Assembly: GCA_046757025.1 (NCBI GenBank)
Contig: JBHHXN010000031.1
Location: forward strand, 1 to 38,158
DNA length: 38,158 nucleotides
Origin: a bacterium
Lineage (GTDB): Bacteria > Zhuqueibacterota > Zhuqueibacteria > Oceanimicrobiales > Oceanimicrobiaceae
Direction of reading: 5' to 3'
A program made the position numbers and the translations under genes. The notes under the pieces are model-generated. The model was not told where the DNA came from. It saw nothing but the letters and a program-made list of their open reading frames with translations, and did no database searches. Shown here one piece after another: positions 1 through 10,518 of this stretch (positions within the stretch are counted from its first letter, which is position 1; every line of letters begins with the position of its first letter).

Positions 1-139
1 TCAATTGTCCGGATTCTTCCAATATAATTGACGGCACTGGCAACTTATTAAATACATTTTCGAAGAGATTGTGAGAGTCCACAACAACGGGGGTTGTTGA
101 ACTGTCAATATTGGTATATCCAGGTGTATCGCTCATCAT
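1..139 (-). CDS. 5' end of a gene running off the window; probably a PAS-domain protein (partial)
   Basis: Manual translation from ATG at 139: MMSDTPGYTNIDSSTTPVVVDSHNLFENVFNKLPVPSILLEESGQL..., open to the window edge. LFENVFNKLPVPSILLEESGQ resembles the start of a PAS domain. Confidence 0.55.
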   Translation of the reverse strand, partial: MMSDTPGYTNIDSSTTPVVVDSHNLFENVFNKLPVPSIILEESGQL

Positions 140-514
140 CAACCCATTCCAAAATATTGTTAATTATCAAATTGTGGCAGACTTTGACTTTTTTTGATTT
201 GTAAAAGCTAACGTATCTTTCATCGAAATGCAAGCAATAAAATTGATATTACTGCTTTTTAATATTTAAATGCGTCTCTCGCTTTAATTCTGACAAAAGG
301 GTCATTTGTAAATATCTGATCAGGATAATTTTGATTTGATAATTCCGGGAGATCTTGAATTGCAGGACAATTATATTTTTACAAATGGCATGATTAAGTT
401 TTTAACGCATGGCGTAAATTGACGCAGGCAATGGCAATGGGTAATGCAGTACCACAATCCGGGCAGTTGCGGTTTACGATTCGGATGGGACAGACTGCCG
501 CTTGTTGAATTTGA

Positions 515-1690
515 CTATTTTTGCGAATAGTGCATGACCGCGAGCGCCAACATTTTGATCGCCTGGAGAATCAATCGTTCCAGGACCTCCGCGCGGGCGC
601 CGAGACTTACCTCTGCGCCGGCCGGCAAATTATTCACACCGGGTTCCAGAACCGCACCCGGCACCAGGCGCAGATACTCAGCGAATCCGTCTAAATTAGA
701 AGAAGGAAATTCTAATTGTCGCACATGGGCAGCGCCCAACACTTGCCGGGCCGCTTGCTTTAAAGACGAAGCAGCTCGGGAATCGGAAAGGAGAATGGGC
801 AACGACTCGTGACAATCGAATTCATATTCCATCTCATGTGAACCGGAAATTTCCTTAATGAGCTTCTTAAATAACTCCGGAATTTGCGCATGAATTGATT
901 CATTGGCAGTGCGGATGAGGCCGTGAATTATTACCGGTTCGGGCACCTCGGAGCCGCTTGCATACCCCTGAATGGATGAATACGCCAACTCCACGGGAGT
1001 CAACGGATCGACTCCGCGCAGGGTGGCTTGTGGCAATTCGATGAGCAGGTGAGCCGCATTTTGAATCAAATTGTCCCCCGCCTGCAGAGCCGTACGGCCC
1101 GCCTTTTTAGCGAACAGCTTCAGTACAAATTCATGACGGGACGCGAGCAACGGACCAAACTTGATGCCCACACTTTCCACAGGTAAGGCGGGATTCAGCT
1201 TCATACCAAACACCGCTGACACCTTTTGTAACATTCCTTGTCTGATTAAGATTTTCGAATTGTGTGCATCTTCTTCATCGCGTACCTGAAACAGGAGTCG
1301 CGGCCGGGTACTTAATTCGTGCGAGTGTACTCTCAAGACTTGCGCCATCCCCAGCCCGGTCAGCGACTCAACCAGGCCATCCAACGCATACGACCGGTTT
1401 TCGTACCTCTCAGACGAATGCGCCTGCCCCAGCTCAAAACGCAGGGCGATGGCACGGTTGCAATCCGGGCTTCCTGGCAAATCCGCGGCAACGCCCGCCT
1501 GCTCTATTTGCCGGGAATGCAAGCCCAGGGAATTCAGCTCATTGTGCACGTACTCCAGGAGGTTGGCATTTGATGGATCGGAAGTATGAAACGCGATCAA
1601 TTCATCCTTGATTTGGCGTAAATAAGGCTGAAGATTTTGTGTAAGTTCATTTATGTTTAAAATGGAATCGGACATGGAGACAAGAACCAC
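515..1690 (-). CDS. M20-family amidohydrolase homolog with degenerate active site
   Basis: 391-aa ORF collinear with M20D enzymes (GVAADL...ALR, LLFQ..EE, G.L..V.AVFG, DPL.P, LVPGA). The HACGHD, ADMD and GxEDF motifs are replaced. Start may be the ATG at 1675. Confidence 0.75.
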   Translation of the reverse strand: MVLVSMSDSILNINELTQNLQPYLRQIKDELIAFHTSDPSNANLLEYVHNELNSLGLHSRQIEQAGVAADLPGSPDCNRAIALRFELGQAHSSERYENRSYALDGLVESLTGLGMAQVLRVHSHELSTRPRLLFQVRDEEDAHNSKILIRQGMLQKVSAVFGMKLNPALPVESVGIKFGPLLASRHEFVLKLFAKKAGRTALQAGDNLIQNAAHLLIELPQATLRGVDPLTPVELAYSSIQGYASGSEVPEPVIIHGLIRTANESIHAQIPELFKKLIKEISGSHEMEYEFDCHESLPILLSDSRAASSLKQAARQVLGAAHVRQLEFPSSNLDGFAEYLRLVPGAVLEPGVNNLPAGAEVSLGARAEVLERLILQAIKMLALAVMHYSQK

Positions 1691-1707
1691 AAGGATGACA
1701 TTTTGTT

Positions 1708-2700
1708 TTATCTTCTGAACAGGTAGGACACTTCTTCCAGAATTTTGGGTCTGTATTCTTTTAAGCTGCCTTCAATGGAAACGCCCGCGGCAAAGGGATG
1801 GCCGCCGCCGCCAAATTTTTGAGCGATGCCATTGATCACAAAATTGCCGCTAGAGCGCAGGCTCACTTTTATTCTGCTCTTTTGTTTTTCAATAAACATG
1901 ATACTGACTTCCACGCCGTTAATCACACGGGGATAATCAGCTAAACCGTCGGTCTCATACGACTTGGCGCCGATTTCCTCCAGCACTTTTTGCGTTACCT
2001 CTACCCAAACTACCCGGTCATTTTGTTCAAAATGTAAATTGTTTAAAACATACGCGAACAGTTTAATTTTGCTTTTGGTTTGGTGCTCATAAATTTGCTG
2101 GTAAATTTTTTGTGGATTCACACCGGCTTCCACCAGCTCACCAGAGATGGTGTATGCGCGAGCATTGGTATTTGAGAATTTAAAAGAGCCGGTGTCGGTG
2201 ACGATACAGGTGTAAAGAGCCTCAGCAATCGTCTTTGAAATTGGGGCGCAACAAAATTTTATGAGATCATAAACGATTTCGCCGGTGGAACAGGCCTCGA
2301 TGTTGATCAAATTAATATCGCCAAACTTTTCCATGGGTGGATGGTGGTCGATGCAGATTTTTTTGGTCTTCAAATCCCGCATGTCCTCGCCGATCTTCCG
2401 CAATCGATTCCAGTCACTGATATCGAGAATGATGATGTAATCGGCAGAAAAGAGAATTTCCCGGTGCAGATGGGGTTTGTAAACGATCATCTTATTGGAA
2501 GAATCCAAAAATCGGTAGTTGGCCGGCACCGGCCCGCTGTTGAATATATAAACATCTTTCCCGAGCTCGTTCAAGAAAGCCGCCATGGCCGCTTCCGAGC
2601 CCAGGCCATCGCCATCAGGGTTGACGTGGGTTGTTAATACAAATCGATTACCTCTTCGGATACAGTCCTTTACCTTTTCCAACGATGCTGCGGAAACCAT
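1708..2700 (-). CDS. nrnA: DHH/DHHA1 bifunctional oligoribonuclease / PAP phosphatase (NrnA)
   Basis: THVNPDGDGLGS, IDHH, TDTGSF, SLRS and GGGGHPFAAG motifs. Confidence 0.9.
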   Translation of the reverse strand: MVSAASLEKVKDCIRRGNRFVLTTHVNPDGDGLGSEAAMAAFLNELGKDVYIFNSGPVPANYRFLDSSNKMIVYKPHLHREILFSADYIIILDISDWNRLRKIGEDMRDLKTKKICIDHHPPMEKFGDINLINIEACSTGEIVYDLIKFCCAPISKTIAEALYTCIVTDTGSFKFSNTNARAYTISGELVEAGVNPQKIYQQIYEHQTKSKIKLFAYVLNNLHFEQNDRVVWVEVTQKVLEEIGAKSYETDGLADYPRVINGVEVSIMFIEKQKSRIKVSLRSSGNFVINGIAQKFGGGGHPFAAGVSIEGSLKEYRPKILEEVSYLFRR

Positions 2701-2725
2701 GCGTGTTCACGTATCCTTTCTAAGC

Positions 2726-2761
2726 TAAAAGCCGAAAACCGTTACCCAATTTCGGCTTTTA
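2726..2761. terminator. Hairpin with A/T tails, likely intrinsic terminator after the S55/beta-propeller pair
   Basis: TAAAAGCCGAAA (2726-2737) and TTTCGGCTTTTA (2750-2761) form a perfect 12-bp inverted repeat, with a rather long loop. Confidence 0.55.
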
Positions 2762-2808
2762 ATCGTAAAATTCTAAGTTCAGACTTCACACTAATTTAGC
2801 GGTGTGAA

Positions 2809-5001
2809 TCACAATTTCAGATTTTTTTTGCCAAAACCGGTGTTTCCAAGTTCATCTTTCGCTTTCACCACTACTGTGTTATCTCCCTTCAAAGCCGGTT
2901 TAATCTGGATTTCGAAGCGTTCGGTTTTAGAATCGCAAATCCCGTCCACAGGATAAATCAGCTTCCAGTCCTCGGCATTCACGCCGTACTCCACCGTGCG
3001 TACACTCATCAATTCATCGGTTACGGTAAAAGAAATCGTGGTGTGGTTTTTTTTCGAGCTTACGCGCAGGTCGGACACCCGGGGACCGGTATTATCTACC
3101 TTAAAAGGCTGGCTGATTTTTTGCGCCGATAGGGATAAGGATTCCGGATTTGACACATCGTCCGATGCCACAATTTTGATGAAATACCGTCCGTCGGCAA
3201 ACAATTCGCTGTCCCAGGAGTAAAGGAAACCCAGATGGTTTTCCACCAAAGTCTTCCAGCTTTTCTCGTTTTCACCTTTGTAAAAGAGATCAAACGATAG
3301 TTTATCCCCATTACCGTCGCGGGCTTTCCAGCTAATAGAGCGGAACCCCTTGCGGAAGGTTTTGCGGCCAGGATACGAATTCGGTACATTATTTTGACCG
3401 GGGGCGTGCTTGTCATTTATGTGTGAATTGGAAGCCACGTTGTTTTGAGACGACGGATAATAATCGCCAGCAGGGTGAATCGTAATCTCCGTGATCTTTG
3501 GCGGCATGTTCTTTTGCAAATACGAAAGGGTGACTTCTTTTAGTACGGGCGTCATTTTCCCGTTGACCGAAGATAGCGCAGCTTTAAACTGGATAAACCT
3601 TGCCGGTGGGCTGGTTATGTTGTGCCCGGTCAAATCGGTGTATTTCTTTGACCAGTCACTCCAGGTTTTATCGGGCTCCTCTGTGTTGCCGCTGCGGGTA
3701 TAAAATCCAATTCTCGTGTCTTCGGGAACTTCGGCCTCCCAGTTTAAAGCTCCCCATTGAGACTGCGCCTTGGCGTCGATTACTTCTGAGGTGTACTCCC
3801 CTTCCGCCTTGTTGCCGGCTTGTACGCGATAGATCTTTCCTGGATTTGAGCATGAGACGAAAATTCGCTCGCTGGAAATTCGCAACAGATTGGTAATTTG
3901 AAGCTCATCAAATTCAGTAAGCAGGGTGTGCTCACCCACCTCGTTTATCCGATAAAGGCGACCGGGCGCGCCCGTTCCCACAACGACTTCGCCGTTTTCG
4001 TTTTGAACGATGGCATGAATTCGCGCTTTGTTGGAGGTCCAGACGGTTTTTACGGAACCGTCCGGCTCGATTTTGTACAAGGCACTACCTTGCTTGCCAA
4101 AACTGCCGCCCCCGCTGGAAATATTTTGCACAGGCAAATCGAGCACGTCATCTTCAGGACGGGCATTTTCACTACTTTCATTCAAGTTAGCAGCCGGGGG
4201 CGTCGGAACGCTGGGCGTACGCCTTTGAATTCGAGATTCCCCAGCAGCCGCCGCGAAAATGTCGCCGCCTGATTCCACGAGCAAATCGGTGATTTCAACC
4301 AGAGGTGAATCGTACAGAACAAACGCTTTACCAGTGGCATCAATTTGGATAATCTGGCCTTTATTAGCCGTACCCGCGATGAGATTGCCGGCCGAATCGA
4401 GCACGATTTTACGAATGTGGGCGTCTTCGCTCGCAAAAAACAAACTACTCTGTTTGTTTTGATCGATTTTATAAATGTTGCCTTTTTCACCGGTGGCGAC
4501 AAATAGATTATTGCGGTTATCCATCGCCATCGACCAAATGTAAACTTCTTGGGGGTCAAAAAATACCGCATCCTCGAGTATACCGGCGCTGGTTACTTTG
4601 TAAATTTTTCCTTCGGGAGAAGTGCCGATAAAAAGGTTGTTCTTTTTGTCCACTGTCAGAGCGTAAATCTGCTGTTCCTCGGAATCAAATGCCATGGAAG
4701 AATTGCTGTCTTTATCCACTTTGAACACCTGACCCGTATTCCCGCCAGCCAAATACAGATTGCCCTTTCTATCGGCCACGGCGGACCAGATAAACGGCAA
4801 ATCCGGCTTAAAAATTTCCTGGATTTCCGGCGCCAAACGCAACTCACCGTAACTGTTGATGGAAACGCCTTTGGGTTTGCCCTTTTCAAAATCTTTTTGA
4901 GATTTATAGGTATGTATTTTGGGACCGCCGGATAGAAGCGCAAACGCGCTTGCAAACACCAATATGAAAATCAGAAAAAAGGTTGTTTTTGTTCTCTCCA
5001 T
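2809..5001 (-). CDS. Exported beta-propeller (WD40/NHL-like repeat) protein with C-terminal Ig/FN3-like domains
   Basis: N-terminal hydrophobic signal; repeated blades (IWSAVADRKGNLYLAGGNTGQVFKV, IYALTVDKKNNLFIGTSPEGKIYKV, IWSMAMDNRNNLFVATGEKGNIYKI); C-terminal DGRYFIKIVASD and VDNTGP. Confidence 0.8.
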   Translation of the reverse strand: MERTKTTFFLIFILVFASAFALLSGGPKIHTYKSQKDFEKGKPKGVSINSYGELRLAPEIQEIFKPDLPFIWSAVADRKGNLYLAGGNTGQVFKVDKDSNSSMAFDSEEQQIYALTVDKKNNLFIGTSPEGKIYKVTSAGILEDAVFFDPQEVYIWSMAMDNRNNLFVATGEKGNIYKIDQNKQSSLFFASEDAHIRKIVLDSAGNLIAGTANKGQIIQIDATGKAFVLYDSPLVEITDLLVESGGDIFAAAAGESRIQRRTPSVPTPPAANLNESSENARPEDDVLDLPVQNISSGGGSFGKQGSALYKIEPDGSVKTVWTSNKARIHAIVQNENGEVVVGTGAPGRLYRINEVGEHTLLTEFDELQITNLLRISSERIFVSCSNPGKIYRVQAGNKAEGEYTSEVIDAKAQSQWGALNWEAEVPEDTRIGFYTRSGNTEEPDKTWSDWSKKYTDLTGHNITSPPARFIQFKAALSSVNGKMTPVLKEVTLSYLQKNMPPKITEITIHPAGDYYPSSQNNVASNSHINDKHAPGQNNVPNSYPGRKTFRKGFRSISWKARDGNGDKLSFDLFYKGENEKSWKTLVENHLGFLYSWDSELFADGRYFIKIVASDDVSNPESLSLSAQKISQPFKVDNTGPRVSDLRVSSKKNHTTISFTVTDELMSVRTVEYGVNAEDWKLIYPVDGICDSKTERFEIQIKPALKGDNTVVVKAKDELGNTGFGKKNLKL

Positions 5002-5007
5002 GATATT

Positions 5008-6870
5008 TTATTTATCCTTTGCTTGAACTTTCAGGAGAATATTCCTGCCACCAGAAATGGAATAATCGACTTTTATTTTATCCTCAAAAACCACCCGATC
5101 CCTCAAAGAAACGACATTGCCCGAAGATCTTTGGGAATTCATTACCGAAAGAATGGACGGCGGTAAGCCGGGGAGCTCTTCTCCTTCAATCAACACCCCT
5201 TTATCTTCCTGTCGAATTTGAAAAAACAGGTAGTTATTATTTCTTTTCTTTTTGAGCATCTCAACCAACTGCTGAAATGACTTAGGCCGAAACTTTTGCG
5301 GTGAAGCTCTGAATTCGAGTTGCGTCAACCTGCGCCCGCTGCCAGCGTAAACTACTATCCGTCTCGAGCGGATATGCTCCGATACCACCAGGGAGTGACG
5401 AATTTTATGCTCTGCGCCCTGGTATTCTTTCACCACTACAGATAGATTGATCTCATCACCGGGTTTTACCACGGTTCGGTCCAATTGGATTCGTTTTACG
5501 TCGGCGAGAAATTTTTTGTGTCGGGAAATGAATTTCAACTCCACCTTTTCGATTCGCGGCGTTTCAAAATCATTGGACAGCAGCGTGCCCAGAACGGAAG
5601 CGATTTCGCCCGTGGCTTCCTGAGCATCGGTAAAAAACGTCGCTGGCGAACCGCCTGAAAAATAATTTTGTAACAAAATGGGCTTTTGCCCTTTTAAAAA
5701 TATCTGACCTTCCATCTGCAAAGTGTGATTGCTGTTGGACAATCGAGCCGATTCCAGGGCGTTCGAAAGTACGATGGCAAAAATCAGCGGCGTAAAGGAA
5801 TGCAGACTGCGATCTTCGGCGATGCGAAAGTTAAATTCGGTAAAATCCTGAAAGTCGGACTGTAAAGTCAATTTGAACGGAATCAGCCCGGGGGGGTCAC
5901 CGCTCACGCCCAGAATGCCGGTGGTGCGATCTTGATGTAAAGTGCCGATAATTTCCGTCAGCGCCGCCATCTTGGTGGAAGCCATCAGACTGGCGAGGGT
6001 AGTCAAAATTTTGGCTTTACCGAACGGCATACCCACGGCGCCAAAATTGAGAAACGGGTGTCCCCAGCCCAAAATCTTATCGCCATCTACATACGTCACG
6101 GTGCCGGTGCCCTGCAGCCCGAAATCGCCCTCAACCAAAACCACCGAACAGGCTGCGCCCGGCTCCAGAGTTGGGTTGTTGTTTTGCTCAATATTCGAAT
6201 AGGTGCCGCCGACGTTAAAAATTTGAAATCCCAGGCCATCGAACAGAGTGGATGAAAGCTGTATAGCCGCGTTTTCGAAACCGGAAAAAAACAGCGGAAT
6301 TTGCAATGGCGCAATTTCATTGATTGCAGAGGTTTGAGATTTGATTTTCTGCAATTGTGGCGGAATGAAATTCGTCCATTTAAAATCACGCACACCAACG
6401 GCCATTTCCAAAAACAGGGGATTGAATCCTCGATTGTCGGCCAGCTCTTCTTTGCGAACATTCTCTTTGTCGATAATTTCAAACATTTGACTTATGGGGG
6501 TAATCCCGGCGATGGGATCTTTTAAAAACAGACCCATGCTGTAAGACAACGCCCCGATGAGTTTGCCATCGATGTAGGTGGGACTGCCGCTCATTCCAGC
6601 AACCACGCCGGTCTTCTCGACGTTTTCCCCCACAAGTTTCACCAGAATCAAATCGCGTTTCGCTCGGAAATTTGGAATGATGTCCAGGACTTCGAAATGG
6701 AATTCTTCGATCTTCTCCCCGGCAAAAACCGTTTTCCCGACACCGCGCATGCCTGGTTTAATCTGTTCAACCGGCATGAACTCTTCGCCAGCCCGGCAAA
6801 AGCTGGCAAAGCAAAATACAATTAACAGCTTGTTTATGATGATTTTTGAGCGCATGTTCTGAATTATCAT
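5008..6870 (-). CDS. SpoIVB-like serine peptidase (S55 domain), exported
   Basis: PVEQIKPGMRGVGKTVFAG, GVVAGMSGSP (catalytic Ser motif), GTGTVTYVDGDKILGWGHPF; signal peptide. Start may be the ATG at 6855. Confidence 0.85.
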   Translation of the reverse strand: MIIQNMRSKIIINKLLIVFCFASFCRAGEEFMPVEQIKPGMRGVGKTVFAGEKIEEFHFEVLDIIPNFRAKRDLILVKLVGENVEKTGVVAGMSGSPTYIDGKLIGALSYSMGLFLKDPIAGITPISQMFEIIDKENVRKEELADNRGFNPLFLEMAVGVRDFKWTNFIPPQLQKIKSQTSAINEIAPLQIPLFFSGFENAAIQLSSTLFDGLGFQIFNVGGTYSNIEQNNNPTLEPGAACSVVLVEGDFGLQGTGTVTYVDGDKILGWGHPFLNFGAVGMPFGKAKILTTLASLMASTKMAALTEIIGTLHQDRTTGILGVSGDPPGLIPFKLTLQSDFQDFTEFNFRIAEDRSLHSFTPLIFAIVLSNALESARLSNSNHTLQMEGQIFLKGQKPILLQNYFSGGSPATFFTDAQEATGEIASVLGTLLSNDFETPRIEKVELKFISRHKKFLADVKRIQLDRTVVKPGDEINLSVVVKEYQGAEHKIRHSLVVSEHIRSRRIVVYAGSGRRLTQLEFRASPQKFRPKSFQQLVEMLKKKRNNNYLFFQIRQEDKGVLIEGEELPGLPPSILSVMNSQRSSGNVVSLRDRVVFEDKIKVDYSISGGRNILLKVQAKDK

Positions 6871-7003
6871 AAATTTTATTTTTTAAAAAACTTAAACTAC
6901 CATTTTTTTAAAATAATTTCAAGGAAAATAATTGTCACAATTATTCCTGAAAAAATTCAAAAAAGGGTAGCTTTTTAGATCACACCAAATCCAACCATTC
7001 CTT

Positions 7004-8392
7004 TCAGGAGGCCACTTCAAAATCGGCGTCAGAAAATTTAACCGCGGGATATTTTTTTAACTGCGTTTTGAAAATATCGATGATTTCATTTAATCGCTCT
7101 CTATTTTTGGCTTCGAATCGCAGTACCAGCACCGGCTGGGTGTTGGAAGCGCGCACCAGACCCCAGCCATCCCCGAACAGCACCCGGGCACCATCGATGT
7201 CGATGGCGTCATAACGCTTTTTAAAATGATCAGCCAGAGCTTGAACGATTTTGAATTTATCTTCATCTGTAGTTTCGATGCGTATTTCGGGAGTCGATTC
7301 AAAGTGAGGAATTTCATCGGCGATTTCAGACAACTTTTGGCGGCTGTTCGACAGCATCTGCAAAAGTCGCCCCGAGACGTAAATGGCGTCGTCAAAACCA
7401 AAATAATCATCCGCATAAAAAATGTGGCCGGACATTTCGCCGGCCAACGGCGCATGGATTTCTTTCATCTTGGCTTTTAAAAGCGAATGGCCGGTTTTCC
7501 ACATCAAAGGCTTGCCGCCGGCTTTTTCAATTTCTTCTGCCAGGGCTTGTGAGCATTTGACGTCAAAAACGATTTCAGACTCAGGGTGTCTTTGCAACAC
7601 TTCCCGGCTTAAAATAGCCAACAGTTTGTCGGCAAAAATAATACGGCCCTTGTCATCAATGGCGCCGATACGGTCGCTGTCGCCGTCGTACCCGATTCCC
7701 ACATCCGCTCCAACTTCCAGCACCATTTTCTGCAGGTCCACCACGTATTTGGGAACCGTGGGATCCGGCAGATGATTCGGAAACCGGCCGTCCGGCTCAC
7801 AGTACAAACACGCCACCTCACAGCCCAATTCCTGCCACAATTGCGGCATCAATAAACCAGCGGTGCCGTTGCCGGCATCGATGACTACTTTCAATTTTTT
7901 CTGAAAGGTTAATTTTGATTTTAACATTGCGATGTATTCATCCATCACTGGTTTCTCCACCACTTCACCAGAGCCGATGTCGTAATTTTCTTGCATAATG
8001 ATTCGTTTGATTGCCTGAATTTGCTCACCGTAAACCGGTGTTACATCCTTTTTCGAAATCTTCAGACCGTTGTATTCGATGGGATTGTGGCTGCCGGTGA
8101 TCATGACGCCGCCATCGGCCTGAAAATGCACGATCCCGAAATATTGCACGGGTGTGAGCACCAGTCCGATGTCGATCACATTCATGCCAGTGGAAAGCAA
8201 GCCTTTCACCAACGCATCACGAATTCGTTGCGAAGACAGCCGCACGTCGCGTCCGATAACCATATTTTTAGCGCCCTCCCGCCGCAAAAACGTTCCAATG
8301 CCTTTGCCCAGCAGCAATACATTTTCATCTACCAAATCTTCATCCGCAATACCTCGAATGTCGTACTCACGAAAAATCGTTGGCTTAATCAT
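7004..8392 (-). CDS. Phosphomannomutase/phosphoglucomutase (AlgC-like)
   Basis: IFREYDIRG, TGSHNP phosphoserine loop, DGDSDR metal loop, GEMSGH, RASNTQP. Confidence 0.93.
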   Translation of the reverse strand: MIKPTIFREYDIRGIADEDLVDENVLLLGKGIGTFLRREGAKNMVIGRDVRLSSQRIRDALVKGLLSTGMNVIDIGLVLTPVQYFGIVHFQADGGVMITGSHNPIEYNGLKISKKDVTPVYGEQIQAIKRIIMQENYDIGSGEVVEKPVMDEYIAMLKSKLTFQKKLKVVIDAGNGTAGLLMPQLWQELGCEVACLYCEPDGRFPNHLPDPTVPKYVVDLQKMVLEVGADVGIGYDGDSDRIGAIDDKGRIIFADKLLAILSREVLQRHPESEIVFDVKCSQALAEEIEKAGGKPLMWKTGHSLLKAKMKEIHAPLAGEMSGHIFYADDYFGFDDAIYVSGRLLQMLSNSRQKLSEIADEIPHFESTPEIRIETTDEDKFKIVQALADHFKKRYDAIDIDGARVLFGDGWGLVRASNTQPVLVLRFEAKNRERLNEIIDIFKTQLKKYPAVKFSDADFEVAS

Positions 8393-8405
8393 CTTGGCCT
8401 CCTTG

Positions 8406-9317
8406 TCATGCTAAACAATTAACTTCACAACAAATAGTTCGTTCCATTCCGTTTAAGTCTTTAAATATTTGAAAATTAGTCATATTTTGACGGTGAAACA
8501 TGTCTGCCACTTTGCTCGCCTGCCCTGCACCCAATTCCATTATCAGAAATCCCATTTCAGCCATAAAACCTCCCACACTGTCAAGTAAAGCGCGATAATA
8601 GCTCATACCGTCACTTCCATCCTTTAGCGCACAATTTGGCTCATATTTTTTGATCTCCGCGGGTAGGTGTTCAAAATCCTGCTCGGAAACATAAGGTGGA
8701 TTGGACACTATCAAATTAAATTTTTGTGAAAGCGGGTTTTCAGCGGAGAGTTTAAAAAAATCGGCCTTTAAGAATTGTATTTTACTTTCGACCCCGTTTA
8801 TGCAAGCGTTTTCGCGCGCCACCTCCAAAGCCGCCTCCGAAATATCCATGGCGACAATTTGCGTGTTTTCCACATATTTTGCCAGACTGATGGCAATACA
8901 CCCCGAGCCGGTCCCCACGTCCAAAATATGAATGGTTTGCAAATTGGGCAAATCGCTCTGGCATTTCTGAATGGCCGTTTCCACTAAAATTTCTGTTTCA
9001 GGTCTCGGTATCAGCACTGCAGAATTCACCCTAAACGGCAGGGACATAAATTCGGTTTGACCCAGAATGTATTGCAGGGGCTCGTTTTGGAGACGTCGTT
9101 TAAGGAAGCGTTTGTATCGCGCCAGCTCAGCGGTGCTCAAGGGACGGTCATAATTGAGATAGAGCGCCACGCGATCCATGTTCAAAGTATGGCCGAGTAG
9201 CTGCTCAGCATTTAATCGGGGGCTGGTAATGCCCTTTTGCAACAAATAATTCGAAGACCAGTCGATGATTTCCAAAACATGCCAGGTTTTATTAGCAACA
9301 CTCATCGAAATGATCAA
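8406..9317 (-). CDS. prmC: Release factor glutamine N5-methyltransferase
   Basis: [31 protein letters not shown]; directly downstream of prfA. True start may be the ATG at 9305. Confidence 0.95.
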   Translation of the reverse strand: MIISMSVANKTWHVLEIIDWSSNYLLQKGITSPRLNAEQLLGHTLNMDRVALYLNYDRPLSTAELARYKRFLKRRLQNEPLQYILGQTEFMSLPFRVNSAVLIPRPETEILVETAIQKCQSDLPNLQTIHILDVGTGSGCIAISLAKYVENTQIVAMDISEAALEVARENACINGVESKIQFLKADFFKLSAENPLSQKFNLIVSNPPYVSEQDFEHLPAEIKKYEPNCALKDGSDGMSYYRALLDSVGGFMAEMGFLIMELGAGQASKVADMFHRQNMTNFQIFKDLNGMERTICCEVNCLA

Positions 9318-10381
9318 CCTGCTTTTTTCATTTTCTCGTTCTGGTCTGCCAGTCGCAGCTGTTCGATCACTTCGTCTAAATCACCCTCCAGAATTTCTTC
9401 CAGTCGATAAAGCGTTAAACCGATGCGATGGTCGGTGAGTCGTCCTTGTGGATAATTGTACGTTCTTATTTTTGCGCTGCGGTCGCCGGTGCTCACCATG
9501 GAGCGGCGGCTTTCGGCCAATTTTTCCTGTTCCTCTCTTTGTATTTTTTCAAGCAAACGGGCGTTAAGCACTTTTAACGCTTTGGCGCGATTTTTATGCT
9601 GCGATTTTTCATCCTGGCAGGTCACCACCATGCCAGTAGGAATGTGCGTGATTCTCACCGCCGAATCCGTGGTGTTTACACTCTGACCACCCGGTCCGGA
9701 GGAACGATAAACATCGATCTTTAATTCGTTCGGGTCGATTTGAATTTCGACTTCTTCCGCTTCCGGCAACACCGCCACCGACGCTGCCGAAGTGTGGATG
9801 CGGCCGCTGGCTTCGGTTTTCGGTACCCGCTGCACTCGATGCACCCCGCTTTCATACTTCATGATGCCAAAAGCATTTTCCCCCTTCATCATGAAAATGA
9901 TTTCTTTGAAACCGCCAATGCCCTGTGGGTTCGAGCTCAGAACTTCGAGACCCCAACCGCGTCGTTCTGCAAATCGGTTGTACATACGGAACAAATCGCC
10001 GGCAAAGATTCCGGCTTCCTCCCCACCGGTACCGGCGCGAATTTCAACAATGGCATTTTTACGGTCATTTGGATCCTTAGGCAACAATAGTAATTTAAGC
10101 TCTTCTTCAAGCACTTTGATCTTCTCTTGCAGCTCAACAAGCTCCAATTCCGCCAGCTCGCGCAGCTCTTCATCATTTTCCTGCCGTAGTAAAGCTTCAT
10201 CTTCTGCGATGATTTTTTTCACCTGTTTGTATTCCTGGAACTTCTCAATGGTTTTGTCCAGACTGCTTTTTTCTTTAGCAATGTCTCTAAACTTCAAAGG
10301 ATCCTGCGCAATTTCCGGATCCATCATCAAATTCGATAGTTCATCGTAACGAGATGCTATTTTCTCTAACTGCTCTTCCAT
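9314..10381 (-). CDS. prfA: Peptide chain release factor 1
   Basis: [17 protein letters not shown] (RF1 PxT motif), [23 protein letters not shown]. Confidence 0.97.
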   Translation of the reverse strand: MEEQLEKIASRYDELSNLMMDPEIAQDPLKFRDIAKEKSSLDKTIEKFQEYKQVKKIIAEDEALLRQENDEELRELAELELVELQEKIKVLEEELKLLLLPKDPNDRKNAIVEIRAGTGGEEAGIFAGDLFRMYNRFAERRGWGLEVLSSNPQGIGGFKEIIFMMKGENAFGIMKYESGVHRVQRVPKTEASGRIHTSAASVAVLPEAEEVEIQIDPNELKIDVYRSSGPGGQSVNTTDSAVRITHIPTGMVVTCQDEKSQHKNRAKALKVLNARLLEKIQREEQEKLAESRRSMVSTGDRSAKIRTYNYPQGRLTDHRIGLTLYRLEEILEGDLDEVIEQLRLADQNEKMKKAG

Positions 10382-10518
10382 GTATCATAAACTCCAGTAC
10401 ATTTTTAACACCCCTGTGGCGTACTTAACATTTTTTGCTGTGTCATGATTTTCACAAAACCAACCAATTAAATGCGGTAAATGTGTAAGTGATCTGGAAA
10501 GGGTGGCTGCGATTACAC

